Positions 12,006 to 24,919 are shown, counted from the whole stretch's first letter. The stretch: DNA of 63,091 nucleotides, filler included, from Octopus bimaculoides (GCF_001194135.2; 5 parts of 5 records of this genome joined end to end with filler, not necessarily neighbours in it), one strand, 5' to 3'. A program made the numbers and translations. The notes: generated from the sequence alone by a model not told the origin.

Positions 12006-13723
12006 GTCAGTAAGTGTTCCACTTACTGTAGTTGTTGCTGGTTTTATTTGGATATTAATGTGATATTTAACGATCTGTTTTGTGAATGTGAAGATTAAAT
12101 CTCAGAGTTCAGTCCAGTATTGAAACCTTTGTAATTAGAGATGTTAGCTTTTATGGAATGAGTTTTTAAGGATTCACAAAAGAAAGTTTTAGTTTGTTGG
12201 CTGGCTGGCATTATTTAGGGGTTTCCCTTGGTTTATAACGAGGTGGTGTTGGGTATCACTTAAGCACATCATAGTATTGTTAGTATTAAAACAAATGTGT
12301 TAATCTGAAATGCTGTAGAAAGCTGTAGATGTTATTGCTCAGCATACTTGTCTCTAGGGGGATCATTGTCCGGAAAAATATATGCTTGTTATTTCTAAAT
12401 TTTAGCCTTTGTGTTTAAGAAATTGAAGTTTGTAGGCTATTTTTCATCGATATTTCTTCTTCAAATAACACATTGTTTGAACTTATTAAAATGTGCAAAA
12501 AGTCGACATTATAATAAATAAGCAAGAAATTCTATGCCAGGTTAAGTTTCTATCCTCCTTGCAAATATGCATGTGTGTGTTTGCAGGTGAGTGCACTTTT
12601 GTGGGAAATTTTGCTAAACATTTGGGAAGACTTAAATAATTTCTGAAGGACTTGTTTAGTATAGAGCTGCACTACCAGTTTTCATGTGAATTTTGGAAGT
12701 AGTTAATGGTGAAAGTGGAAATGTGAGAAGGAAGGTGGTGAGATATTTTTATATTTAACAATTAGATAAGAACATTTAGTTTCGTATGTTTTAGCGTTTT
12801 CAAAATTTTGTGCCTGAATGGAGAGATTAATTCGGAGTTTCGGTTCAGAATTTAGTTCTTAAAATGTAAGAATATGGTAGAACTTTTGGTAGGGTTTGTT
12901 GTTATCTTTGTATAGTCATGCGGTGACAAAATTTTCCACTAAATGGTAAATCAAGTATTTCTTGATTTCACTGTCTTTATATTTTTGGATGGCGAGGTAT
13001 CATTTCCCGGTCTGAGTTGCGAATGTGTGTATGTGTGTGTGTGCGTGCACGCGCGTGGGTGTATATGTGTGTTTGTGTTTTGAATGCGTTTTATGTAGAT
13101 CCTATATATGTATATGTAGTATTTGGTGTCGTGTTCGTGGTTTATCAAATCAGAGTAAAATTTCATAAGAATGTCGTCTTCTAATCATCATCATCATCAG
13201 CAGCAGCAGCAGCGGCGGCGGCAGCAGTGTCTTCATCATTACCATCATTATCTTTCTCTAGTCCCCCTTCCTTCTCCACATCATCATCTGTACGTCTGTT
13301 TTTCCATGCTTACATGCCCTAGAAGTGTCACTCCAACGCAGTACATCTCTATTTGTTAGGTCCAACATCTCTGAATGTTTTTTCTCACTTCTTCCCATGT
13401 CTTCTTTAGCTTTCAGTTTTCCCAGCTTTCTTCTTTATATCGATATCCAGGCACTTCTTTACACACATGTCACCATCCATCCATCCATATATTTACGTCC
13501 AGTTATTCATTTGTAAAGTCCTACGACTTCCCGACCGACACACAAACATTCACACCGGGAATATCAAGTTACTACAAGTGAACATCTCCCGATCAATTCA
13601 AATCTAGGAGAAATAAATGAGATACAAGTTACCCGTTTGTCTCTTCATCACTAAATTCAGATTTATGGATGCAATTGGTCATTGGTGTGACTTTGAAGAA
13701 CTTATTTAACAATGAAAACCGCC

Positions 13724-13881
13724 AGGAGTGGCTGTGTGGCAAGTAGCTTGCTTACCAAGCACATGGTCCCGGGTTCAGTCCCACTGCGTGGCACCTTGGG
13801 CAAGTGTCTTCTACTATAGCCTCGGGCCGACCAAAGCCTTGTGAGTGGATTTGGTAGACGGAAACTGGAAGAAGCCCGTCG

Positions 13882-13938
<57 letters not shown>

Positions 13939-14158
13939 ATGTTTGTGTGTCTGTTTGTCCCCCCCCACCCCAGCATCGCTTGACAACCGATGCTGGTGTG
14001 CTTACGTCCCCGTAACTTAGCAGTTCGGCAAAAAGAGACCGATAGAATAAGTACTAGGCTTACAAAGAATAAGTCCTGGGGTCGATTTTCTCGACTAAAG
14101 GCGGTGCTCCAGCATGGCCGCAGTCAAATGACTGAAACAAGTAAAAGAGTAAAAGAGT
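13724..14158 (+). mobile_element. tRNA-derived SINE family A (full copy with internal (AT)n/(GT)n)
   Basis: Head ggagtggctgtgtgg...ggttcagtccc; tail ...cagtcaaatgactgaaacaagtaaaagagtaaaagag. At least 10 related copies occur in the window. Confidence 0.9.
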
Positions 14159-14814
14159 ATTCGATAAACAAGGAACCGGTGTCAGATCAAAAAGTCAACT
14201 CTGAACAAATAGATCCATCTCTTATTGTCACTGTTAATGCCTTAATGATAAGCCGGAAACTCACGCCGATTCGGTCATCACCCAGGACAACAAGACCCGC
14301 ATTATTCAGTGGGGAACCAGACCAGACCAGACTGGAATTGAAAAGTCTGCTGCTAGAAGAAACTCTGTAAAAAACGATCTGCTAGGTAACCAGATCAAGG
14401 ATAACCCTAACCCTAGCCCTGTAGTGGCCCCACCAAGATCGTCATCTAAAGCAAAACACATAAAACTACCCGACCGACACACAAACATTCCCAGCAGAAA
14501 TAGGAATTCATTACAAGTGAACATCTCCCGTTCAATTCAAATCTAGGACAAATCAATGAGATACTATTTACCCGTTGACTTCTTCATCACTAAATTCAGA
14601 TTTATGGATGCATTTGGTCATTGGTGTGACTTTGAAGAACTTATTTAACAATGAGAACCTCCATATCAGTTTGACCTAGTACATTATGGCACTAATGTGC
14701 AGACAAATTCCATATTAATATTTTTAAGTCCTAAGACTGGTGGGGGGGGGCTCGTTACAGTTTGTCCTTTATGTGGTGAACGAAATGAGGTGAACGAAGC
14801 AGAAAAATACTTAC

Positions 14815-14887
14815 ACTTGTCCAATTCTGACGTAATTGTCTGTGGAGTTAATTACCAGAGTAATTAGAACAATGATAGCTGGTAGAC
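14815..14887 (-). CDS. Adhesion GPCR exon: TM4 and ECL2
   Basis: Acceptor atatcgttgtcag (phase 1), donor GT|gtaagt (phase 2). Peptide (G)LPAIIVLITLVINSTDNYVRIGQ(V). Phases join both neighbouring exons. Confidence 0.9.
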
Positions 14888-17002
14888 CTGACAACGATAT
14901 TTACAGAAATGAATATAAATTTGTAGATATTAATCTACATTTAAAATCGCAAATATGTGACATATGAATCGATTTAGTTGACTATGTTTTTGTTCAGAAA
15001 AATTGTCTAGTTCAAAAGAAATCAATATTTTATTTCATATCACAAACTAATCAGCTTTTGACATTTGCTCCTTCGGATTCTTGAAAATAGGTACCAGTAA
15101 TATACGATTTGGATTTTCTTTCGACAATATGTTTCAATGGGAAACAAAACGTAATAAAACCTGAAAGTTCTGGACAACGGTATGAAGACCAAGTTACATG
15201 GAGGACAGCAAAAATTCACGGTCACCAACATATTACTTGGTGTGTTTGGTGAAAGTGCAAAATGGGTAACTCTAAGGTTTCGTCTAGAGACCAGATCAGG
15301 CTGACTGTTTACATGAAAATTCAAGTAACTTTGAACGACCCCAAAGGCTAGACCAGGTGTGGTGGGGGCTTTATTTCTTTATAGTTTACATCTTATCGCG
15401 AATGTATAAATATTATATTTCATTTACCTCTGTATCCATGCGTTTACATCTCGTTTCAACCACTTTCAACATCTCACCAATTTACCAATCTATTCAATCC
15501 CAAATCATGAATATTTACCCCCATTACCTTTCTAATAAGAATCAAATTATTCATCTGTCTTTATTCTTGACTGAACCATCATGATGATCAAGGCAAAATA
15601 AATATCTTATCCCACAAATCATTAATTAACTTATTTAGCTAATTGGCACCTTCCTTGTTTCAAGTTATGTTAAAACAAGTATTCTTTTTGTGGCACCCTC
15701 TAAAATATATTTTCAGTTTCCTTCGTTTATGACAGAAGTGGAAATATTGCTAAGAAGGAACTCCTATACGGTCAATTGATCTGCTAGAAATAACAACCTA
15801 ATATCTCAGGAACAATGGTTTACTACGTTTAAGGAAAAAATGACATGTTGTATTATGCAACTTAAGATAAACTATGTCTGAAAAGAGGGGATGGTCACAT
15901 CAAGAACTTCATTGCTTATGAACCTGAAGAATTTATCTGAAGTGAAACAGCGACAACATATTTTAATGTGGTTTCGGCTCAATATAATATTTGGTCCACT
16001 GTCTCCTGTCTTATCTAAATTATTTGTGAAATCAAGATGAAGAATCTACATGTAACTCTCAAGAAATTATACAAGAAGATCGAGTGAAGGAGATATTTGA
16101 TTATTTGTTGAAGGATTCAAATCTACTGTGTCATCTCTTTACTTCACTAAAAAGATATTTCAGCCAAGAATGTTTAACATCAGACGTGAGTCCACCAAAT
16201 CTCTCAGTCTATGTTGTCGTGGGTTCCTCATGACTTTTCTTCAATATCTCACTCCACTTTCAAATTACGATATATAGTCATCCATCACAACCTGGACATT
16301 TACGTACGTTACACAATAATACTACAATATTTAAATTGTCATGGATTTAATCCCTTCTAAAAAGAGGTCTACGTTTCTATGTTTTCTTCGATGTGCTAGA
16401 AATAGTAGCTAAATTTCTTTAGATCCCATTCTACAGTCTTGAAAACTGGAAAAACAAATTGGATAATGTCATGTTTGATACAGTGACAAGATAGTCGTAG
16501 AACATTTTCAAGTATATGTCTACTTGATCAGTTCCAAAGTAGCACTTAAGTACAACAGTGAGTAAGGGATGTTTTCCCTCAGGGTTCAACGCTTCTGGAT
16601 TTTAATGCGAGTTAGATTTGTAATCGAGATTGAGGTTGTTTAAAGCAATGGGATTGAGGACATAGAGCGCTGTGCTAGATGGGATTGTCAATGCTCTTTG
16701 TATAATTAGATGAGAATAATACAGAAAAAAAGGAGGAAAATAAACGGAACCCCAAATGGATAACATCAATTTAAATAACGCTAAGGGACATGGTTTGCAG
16801 GTTTTAGATTAATATCCAGCGTTCAATTCCCGTCTAAGTAAACTTTTCTTTTCAACGTATTTAGTTTTATGAAGTAAATAAGATCGAGAGATATACTGGT
16901 TCGAATCATTCGTGTGAACCTTTTCACGTCAAGTTAAATAAATGAAATAACAAAAATGGGTTGGTTTTGTTTGTGTTTACGTGTGTGTGTGTGTGAGTGC
17001 GA

Positions 17003-17152
<150 letters not shown>

Positions 17153-17180
17153 CCAAAAAGGAGAAAACCGTTATACATAC

Positions 17181-17325
17181 CCCAGGCAAAAATTGAACTC
17201 CACTTCATAAAAGATGTCTGGTATGTTCTGAATACCATAACTATGCTTAGGAAGACATGAATGGCCTCGAAAGACATCCACATGAGAGATGTCAAAAGGA
17301 AGTAGTGTAACAGAGCAGCCACTGT
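17181..17325 (-). CDS. Adhesion GPCR exon: TM3 to start of TM4
   Basis: Acceptor ttattatag (phase 0), donor TGGG|gtatgt (phase 1). Peptide TVAALLHYFLLTSLMWMSFEAIHVFLSIVMVFRTYQTSFMKWSSIFAW contains the LHYFLL...WM..EA motif. Confidence 0.93.
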
Positions 17326-17563
17326 CTATAATAATAATAATAATAACAACAACAACAACAACAACAACAGGTTAAGGGTTTCTGACCTTGACACATGTCT
17401 TGCAGGGATGGTATAATGGTTAACTACGTCAATGTCAGTACATGAATGGTATTTTAGATTATCGAACCTAGAAGCGGTGGAATCCAAAACAGACATAAAA
17501 CTTAGAGAGAGAGACGCAAGATATTTAGCTTGATCCTTTTCCCAATCCATTACCTTACCATTC

Positions 17564-17619
<56 letters not shown>

Positions 17620-17621
<2 letters not shown>

Positions 17622-17755
17622 TCCTACGCAAAACACTTTCCATACAGTAACCATAAGAGCATCACAGCAAACCACAGCACATACCCAAGGCACACAGAGC
17701 TGCGCTCGGTAGTGAAGTGAAAGCACGTTATAAAAAATAAAACTACTGAATAATA
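17620..17755 (+). mobile_element. 3' tail fragment of the R4/Dong LINE family embedded in (AAT)n; near-identical copy at 18295-18430
   Basis: Matches the 3' end of the element at 19116-19775 (atcctacgcaaa...ccataagagcatcacagc...aaaactactgaa plus AAT repeats). Confidence 0.85.
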
Positions 17756-18804
17756 ATAATGATAATAATAATAATAATACNNNNNNNNNNNNNNNNNNNN
17801 NNNNNNNNNNNNNNNNNNNNNNNNNNNNNNNNNNNNNNNNNNNNNNNNNNNNNNNNNNNNNNNNNNNNNNNNNNNNNNNNNNNNNNNNNNNNNNNNNNNN
17901 NNNNNNNNNNNNNNNNNNNNNNNNNNNNNNNNNNNNNNNNNNNNNNNNNNNNNNNNNNNNNNNNNNNNNNNNNNNNNNNNNNNNNNNNNNNNNNNNNNNN
18001 NNNNNNNNNNNNNNNNNNNNNNNNNNNNNNNNNNNNNNNNNNNNNNNNNNNNNNNNNNNNNNNNNNNNNNNNNNNNNNNNNNNNNNNNNNNNNNNNNNNN
18101 NNNNNNNNNNNNNNNNNNNNNNNNNNNNNNNNNNNNNNNNNNNNNNNNNNNNNNNNNNNNNNNNNNNNNNNNNNNNNNNNNNNNNNNNNNNNNNNNNNNN
18201 NNNNNNNNNNNNNNNNNNNNNNNNNNNNNNNNNNNNNNNNNNNNNNNNNNNNNNNNNNNNNNNNNNNNATAATAATAATAATGATAATAATAATATCCTA
18301 CGCAAAACACTTTCCATACAGTAACCATAAGAGCATCACAGCAAACCACAGCACATACCCAAGGCACACAGAGCTGCGCTCGGTAGTGAAGTGAAAGCAC
18401 GTTATAAAAAATAAAACTACTGAATAATAATAATGATAATAATAATAATAATACACTCCCTAGCATGGAGAGAATTACCGAATAGAGACTTCATTAAAAA
18501 ATTGAAACAGAAGGATACAATTACCAGTGTGAGCAGCCACTGTTTATAGTAACAATAACAACAACAACAACAACAACAGATTAATGACATATTGTCTTGA
18601 CATATTGTCTTAAATAGATATTGCTTGGAAGGGATGGTATATGGCAAACTGTATCAATGTCAGTACATGAGTGGTATTTCAGGTGTTATCGAAACTAGAA
18701 AGGGTGAAACCCAAAAGAGAACCCTGAGGAAATTTCAACATAAAACTTAGAGGGACGTAAGATATATCGTTTGATGCTTTTCCCAATCCATTACCTTACC
18801 ATTA

Positions 18805-18882
<78 letters not shown>

Positions 18883-19063
18883 AAGAAGAAGCAGCAGCAG
18901 CTCCCATTCAGCATTCTTTCAATTTTATTGCATCACTCCGAAGCTATGCCAACACTATGGAATAACAACAGAAAAAAAGATGGTATAAACACACGTCAGA
19001 AAAGTCCTCAAACCATAGTCCTCAAATCAGCCAGCAAGTTCAAACAATTTATTTACAACAGCG

Positions 19064-19115
<52 letters not shown>

Positions 19116-19775
19116 TGGACAAGAAACAATAAATCATATTATCTCTGGCTGCCCAGTCCTGGCTAAGAAGGAATATATTCATAGACACGACAGAGCTGGG
19201 ACTTATATACACTGGAAGCTATACCAACACTATGGAATAACAACAGAAAAAAAGATGGTATAGGCACACGCCAGAAAAGGTCACAGAAAACGAGAAAGCA
19301 GCCATACTCTGGGATATGCCAATACACACAGATAGAGAAATTAAGGCCAATAGACCAGATATAGTTGTCAAAGATCATGAAGGAAAAAAATGCTTTCTAA
19401 TTGATGTATCAATACCAGCAGATGACAACGTTTCCCTAAAAGAAATGGAGAAACTTTCAAAATACAAAGACCTGGAAATAGAGGTAACTCGAACGTGGAA
19501 TCTAAAAACAGAAACAATTCCTATCATAGTAAGTGCCTTAGGTATAATAAAAAAACATTCAGACAAATACAGAACAAAAACACCAGGACTGACAAAGAAA
19601 TATAACATACAGAAAATTGCACTACTGGGCACTGCACACATCCTACGCAAAGCACTTTCAATACAGTAACCATAAGAGCATCACAGCAAACCACAGCACA
19701 TACCCAAGGCGCACAGAGCTGCGCTCGGTAGTGAAGTGAAAGCACGTTATAAAAATAAAACTACTGAACAATAAT
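19116..19775 (+). mobile_element. 5'-truncated R4/Dong-clade LINE: restriction-like endonuclease, 3' UTR and (AAT)n tail
   Basis: ETINHIISGCPVLAKKEYIHRHD, LWDMPIHTD...NRPDIVV..D....CFLIDVSIP.D...KEMEKLSKYKDL...ALLGTAHILRKAL (PD-D/E-K endonuclease motif). Confidence 0.92.
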
Positions 19776-20254
19776 AATAATAATAATATCTAATGCATGC
19801 ACCTGGTGTACTCTTATTAGATGAGTAGTCATGATGGGCTTCGTATATTTATGCCCATGTGTCATTTTAATGGCATGCACGGCTTTCTCACCTAATAATA
19901 ATAATAATAATAATAATAGTATTTGTTGCCTTATTAGACTGAAGGACTCGGAGTGATGCAATAAAATTGAAAGAATGCTGAACGGAAGGTTTATATAGAC
20001 ATGTAGATTGGGACAAACGTCTTATATAGATGCGAGGGAGAGGTGTGCAAGACGAGTAACATTATATACATTTTGACGTGTTCGAAAATGGTCACCAACT
20101 ACTTGAAATTCCTGATAATAAAACTTATGAAAACTTTTGATAACAGAGCATTGGACAAATGGAAGACTACGAAGTCGTTGAGCATGGAAAAACAGGAAAC
20201 AGATGTTACCTAGGTTATTAGAGGATGAAATCTATTTGAGGTGAAAGACTTTTT

Positions 20255-20612
20255 ACTCTGTTACTCTTTTACTTGTTTCAGTCATTTGACTGTGGCCATG
20301 CTGGAGCACCGCCTTTTAGTCGAGCAAATCGACCCCAGGACTTATTCTGTGTAAGCCTAGTACTTATTCTATCGGTCTCTTTTGCCGAACCGCTAAGTTA
20401 TGGGTTGTTAGACGATGTTGGAGGGACATACACAGACACACAAACACACACACACACACACATAAATATATACGACGGGCTTCTTTCAGTTTCCGTCTCC
20501 CAAATCCACTCACAAGGCTTTGGGCGGCTCGAGGCTATAATAGAAGACACTTGCCCAAGGTGCCATGTGGTTGGTAAGCAAGCTACTTACCACACAGCCA
20601 CTCCTGCGCCTA
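20255..20612 (-). mobile_element. SINE family A copy (internally deleted)
   Basis: Reverse complement of the 13724-14158 head and tail. Confidence 0.88.
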
Positions 20613-20671
20613 TGTTCATAACGTTTAACATAAAACTAAATATCTAATAGTTTAATAGTTTTTTCGCTTAC

Positions 20672-20792
20672 CTTACAAGCAGCCAGTATTTCTACGTATG
20701 GTTGCATCCCGACAACGAAGATTAGATTAGTGATACCTAAAGGAACGCACAAGCTTACTAAAATCTTTGAGGTAATTAAATACCATAGTTTT
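20672..20792 (-). CDS. Adhesion GPCR exon: ICL1, TM2 and ECL1
   Basis: Acceptor ttattatttcag (phase 2), donor AAG|gtaagc (phase 0). Peptide KLWYLITSKILVSLCVPLGITNLIFVVGMQPYVEILAACK, ending at the TM3 Cys. Confidence 0.9.
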
Positions 20793-22190
20793 CTGAAATA
20801 ATAATTAAAAAAATNNNNNNNNNNNNNNNNNNNNNNNNNNNNNNNNNNNNNNNNNNNNNNNNNNNNNNNNNNNNNNNNNNNNNNNNNNNNNNNNNNNNNN
20901 NNNNNNNNNNNNNNNNNNNNNNNNNNNNNNNNNNNNNNNNNNNNNNNNNNNNNNNNNNNNNNNNNNNNNNNNNNNNNNNNNNNNNNNNNNNNNNNNNNNN
21001 NNNNNNNNNNNNNNNNNNNNNNNNNNNNNNNNNNNNNNNNNNNNNNNNNNNNNNNNNNNNNNNNNNNNNNNNNNNNNNNNNNNNNNNNNNNNNNNNNNNN
21101 NNNNNNNNNNNNNNNNNNNNNNNNNNNNNNNNNNNNNNNNNNNNNNNNNNNNNNNNNNNNNNNNNNNNNNNNNNNNNNNNNNNNNNNNNNNNNNNNNNNN
21201 NNNNNNNNNNNNNNNNNNNNNNNNNNNNNNNNNNNNNNNNNNNNNNNNNNNNNNNNNNNNNNNNNNNNNNNNNNNNNNNNNNNNNNNNNNNNNNNNNNNN
21301 NNNNNNNNNNNNNNNNNNNNNNNNNNNNNNNNNNNNNNNNNNNNNNNNNNNNNNNNNNNNNNNNNNNNNNNNNNNNNNNNNNNNNNNNNNNNNNNNNNNN
21401 NNNNNNNNNNNNNNNNNNNNNNNNNNNNNNNNNNNNNNNNNNNNNNNNNNNNNNNNNNNNNNNNNNNNNNNNNNNNNNNNNNNNNNNNNNNNNNNNNNNN
21501 NNNNNNNNNNNNNNNNNNNNNNNNNNNNNNNNNNNNNNNNNNNNNNNNNNNNNNNNNNNNNNNNNNNNNNNNNNNNNNNNNNNNNNNNNNNNNNNNNNNN
21601 NNNNNNNNNNNNNNNNNNNNNNNNNNNNNNNNNNNNNNNNNNNNNNNNNNNNNNNNNNNNNNNNNNNNNNNNNNNNNNNNNNNNNNNNNNNNNNNNNNNN
21701 NNNNNNNNNNNNNNNNNNNNNNNNNNNNNNNNNNNNNNTGTCTTTGAATATTTGGTATTATTCTGAATTTGTTTACTGAGCAAGTACGTTGAAACGAATA
21801 AAAGATACAAAGGAAAATTAGTCTTTACATACCAGAAAGATTAGACACATTGGAAATCAAATGTGTGAACATAATTTAGCAACTGCGATTAATAGTAGTA
21901 ATAGTAGAGACAGTGTAACTAGTATATTGCTCTATACTTTTTCTGAATTATCAAACTATAAAATAATTCTGCTTAAACACGCAAGATAGATTATCCTCTC
22001 TCCTTTTTTTCTCGTGTCATCATAATAATAACCACTTACAAATCCTACACGAAAATATCCATCAAGTTACTATTCTGGAATTCTTTCCTAACCCATGGTT
22101 TTCCTGCAAACATCAACCACATCGTTCATACCAGCCTGTCTCTTTGTATTTGAACGGTTAATAAAAGAAAATCGAAATTGAAATGCTTAC

Positions 22191-22312
22191 TTGAAACAAA
22201 CGTGAATTATTATTGTAAGAACGAGAAAGACAACTGATATTCCACAGCCAATGAGAGATATAATAGATATAGGTTTAACATGTTTTACATCGTCTTCATT
22301 CCGGTGGACATC
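22191..22312 (-). CDS. Adhesion GPCR exon: Stachel linker and TM1
   Basis: Acceptor ttctattgtag (phase 0), donor AA|gtaagc (phase 2). Peptide DVHRNEDDVKHVKPISIISLIGCGISVVFLVLTIIIHVCF contains the I..IGCGIS TM1 motif. Confidence 0.92.
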
Positions 22313-23090
22313 CTACAATAGAAACAACAACAACAGTTTAGCTCCTCCTCGTCCTCTTTTCTTTTATGTTAGTTAATGCTTATATAACGGATGTGTATAA
22401 TGTTGGTGTTGGATATGGGGACGACTGCATGCTGTATTATTAATGTTCCTTACAACGCTGACAATAATAGAGACAACATCAGTGACCTGATTGTTTCCTC
22501 TCCGTCCTTGTGATATCAGTGGAATTCGTATGGACTTAACTAAGATGTTCAGTTAGTTCAGCTTTTCCTTCAGGTTGAAATATTTACCATTGCTAGCGGA
22601 ACGGCTTACTGTTGTAAGTAGCAGCGGTATTAACTGACAGGTATTGAATAGATGTATATTCTATGTATAATGCTGACATGAAAGTCTGAGGTGAATAAAT
22701 CCCATGGACGAGAGGAAAGATTTTGGAAAAGACCAAATGTTTAATGTCTGAGCAACAAACACGCTTCAACATAGATGAAGATATTTAAATCAAAAGAGAT
22801 GACTCTGACCATCTCTATGCCATTCACATAAATGCTGGAGGAATCACCATGCATTGCATTAAGAATGGTGGCTTCGTACATCTAAAAGGCATCATCCTGA
22901 GTATAAACTATAAACAACTGCAATGGCAACAAAAACAACAGTGACAATATATCAACCTTATATATTTACCAAGATACCCTCCAACACAAAGTCTAGTGGG
23001 TATGTTATTATACAACTCTTTAAAATTATTAATGTATTGACATAACTGACAAATTACAAGTAGTTAACAACTTGTCATAATGTTACCAAC

Positions 23091-23240
23091 CATTAATAAG
23101 GCAAAACTTGTAAGATGGTCGCAGGAACAGACTACTTTCTTTCCAGGTACATAATCGGATATTTTACAGCCTTTTGTTGACCAATGGGGATCCTCTCCTG
23201 GGGTCTCATCCAAATAAACGCATTTTAGGCTGGTGACATT
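23091..23240 (-). CDS. Adhesion GPCR exon: GPS motif
   Basis: Acceptor ttatttcag, donor ATG|gttggt, 150 nt, phase 0-0. Peptide NVTSLKCVYLDETPGEDPHWSTKGCKISDYVPGKKVVCSCDHLTSFALLM. Confidence 0.95.
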
Positions 23241-23611
23241 CTGAAATAAGTTAAATTCTGTTAATTTAATCAAATTACTTTGTAATTAGAATACATGTAA
23301 TTATGATATGTCTCTTACGTCTTAGAAAAACATCGAAGATACCAAGGTCATTAATGTTTGTGAATTCCATATCAGATGCTGTGACATAGTTTAACTGACC
23401 ATTCCATCTTGTTTATAAATCTATGTCTTTTCTCTTAATTTACACTGCATCGTCATAACAATGGAAGAAAAAGACATTGGACGGAGTAGTTCACGAAATA
23501 TTTAATGAAGTATAAAATGACGTGGTGGCCACGGCTGGGATGTGTTTCATCATAGGTCTACTGGGTTAGAGATAGCATGAACATAAACAGCAACAGTAGC
23601 AATAATGTTGT

Positions 23612-23996
23612 TTGTTGTTGGCACTCCGTCGCTTACGACGTCGAGGGTTCCAGTTGATCCGATCAACGGAACAGCCTGCTCGTGAAATTAACGTGCAAGT
23701 GGCTGAGCACTCCACAGACACGTGTACCCTTAACGTAGTTCTCGGGGGTATTCAGCGTGACACAGTGTGACAAGGCTGACCCTTTGAATTACAGGCACAA
23801 CAGAAACAGAAAGTAAGAGTGAGAGAAAGTTGTGGTGAAAGAGTACAGCAGGGTTCGCCACCATCCCCTGCCGGAGCCACGTGGAACTTTTAGGTGTTTT
23901 CGATCAATAAACACTCGCAACGCCCGGTCTGGGAATCGAAACCGCGATCCTATGACCGCGAGTTCGCTGCCCTAACCACTGGGCCATTGCGCCTCC
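23612..23996 (-). mobile_element. tRNA-derived SINE family C (long form)
   Basis: A box TGGCCCAGTGG and B box GGTTTCGATTCCC. The 3' tail is shared with the copy at 46885-47188. Confidence 0.88.
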
Positions 23997-24028
23997 ACTA
24001 GTAGCAATAATAATTACACAGCTATTAC

Positions 24029-24157
24029 CTGGTTTATTAAAAGGAATGATATATTAACTGGTTCATCAAGGTTGCTTACTGAAATGTTAGCAACATTGGC
24101 AGCAATAATATAGCTGTTAATTTTAGTATTTGCGTTGGCACTGGAGTTTTGTGTTAC
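24029..24157 (-). CDS. Adhesion GPCR exon: C-terminal GAIN subdomain B
   Basis: Acceptor ttatctttacag, donor CAG|gtaata, 129 nt, phase 0-0. Peptide VTQNSSANANTKINSYIIAANVANISVSNLDEPVNISFLLINQ fits the NS.II.A.....I.NL.EPV.I.F GAIN pattern. Confidence 0.9.
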
Positions 24158-24456
24158 CTGTAAAGATAAGTTATTAAGTAAATTAATTTATTCACTGGAA
24201 TATATTGTTAAAGCAGGAAACGATCAAACGCTAGTATTGTTTTGTTAAGGTTATTTCTACAGACATAAAATAGAAATTACACACAGCATTGATTTTTATT
24301 ACATTTCGTATCGAGATGTTAGATGTGAACAATGAAATTGAAGACATTTTCTGTTTAATTTCCTGATTCTCTTGAAATCTTGGAAATTTCATATATATAT
24401 ATGCACTTACAAACTCACACACACACACACATATATAAATATATATACACACACAC

Positions 24457-24505
<49 letters not shown>

Positions 24506-24870
24506 NNNNNNNNNNNNNNNNNNNNNNNNNNNNNNNNNNNNNNNNNNNNTTAATTAATTAANNNNNNNNNNNNNNNNNNNNNNNNNNNNNNNNNNNNNNN
24601 NNNNNGGTGATGGTGGTGTTGGTGGTGATGGTGGTGGTGGTGGTGGTGGTGGTGGTGATACTGCTGCTGCTGCCGTTCATTATGATGATGGTGTTAGCTA
24701 TTCTATTGAAATTTCTCTTAATAACAATTAATGGCCGTTTGATTTTCAGAATAAAGAGAAAAAATAAAAACAAAACAAAAACCAAAAAACAAAGAAAGGT
24801 GTATTAATTTTAAGACTAAAAACAAAAAAAAAGCTAGTGAAGTATGATGCGTGGAATGAATTTTTTTCCC

Positions 24871-24919
<49 letters not shown>

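Noticed and set aside
15040-16400. Short ORFs in intronic unique sequence
   Set aside because: No recognisable motifs or splice-compatible structure.
17620-18450. Near-identical ~150-bp blocks on both sides of the 17781-18269 gap, suggesting a tandem or CRISPR-like array
   Set aside because: Both are the same LINE 3' tail bracketing a gap, probably an overlap left unmerged by the assembler. There is no repeat-spacer structure or cas gene.
23318-23420. Minus-strand stretch YVTASDMEFTNINDL resembling a GAIN exon
   Set aside because: The donor phase conflicts with the GPS exon, and the true GAIN exon was found at 24029-24157.
23920-23996. tRNA-like A/B box sequences here and at 46885-46955
   Set aside because: They are SINE heads followed by SINE bodies, with no CCA-end stem or complete cloverleaf, so not called tRNA genes.
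24550-24561. TTAATTAATTAA palindrome between N runs, also at about 38910, 45149 and 55486
   Set aside because: Identical spacer flanked by Ns with stops in all six frames: an assembly join linker, not biology.
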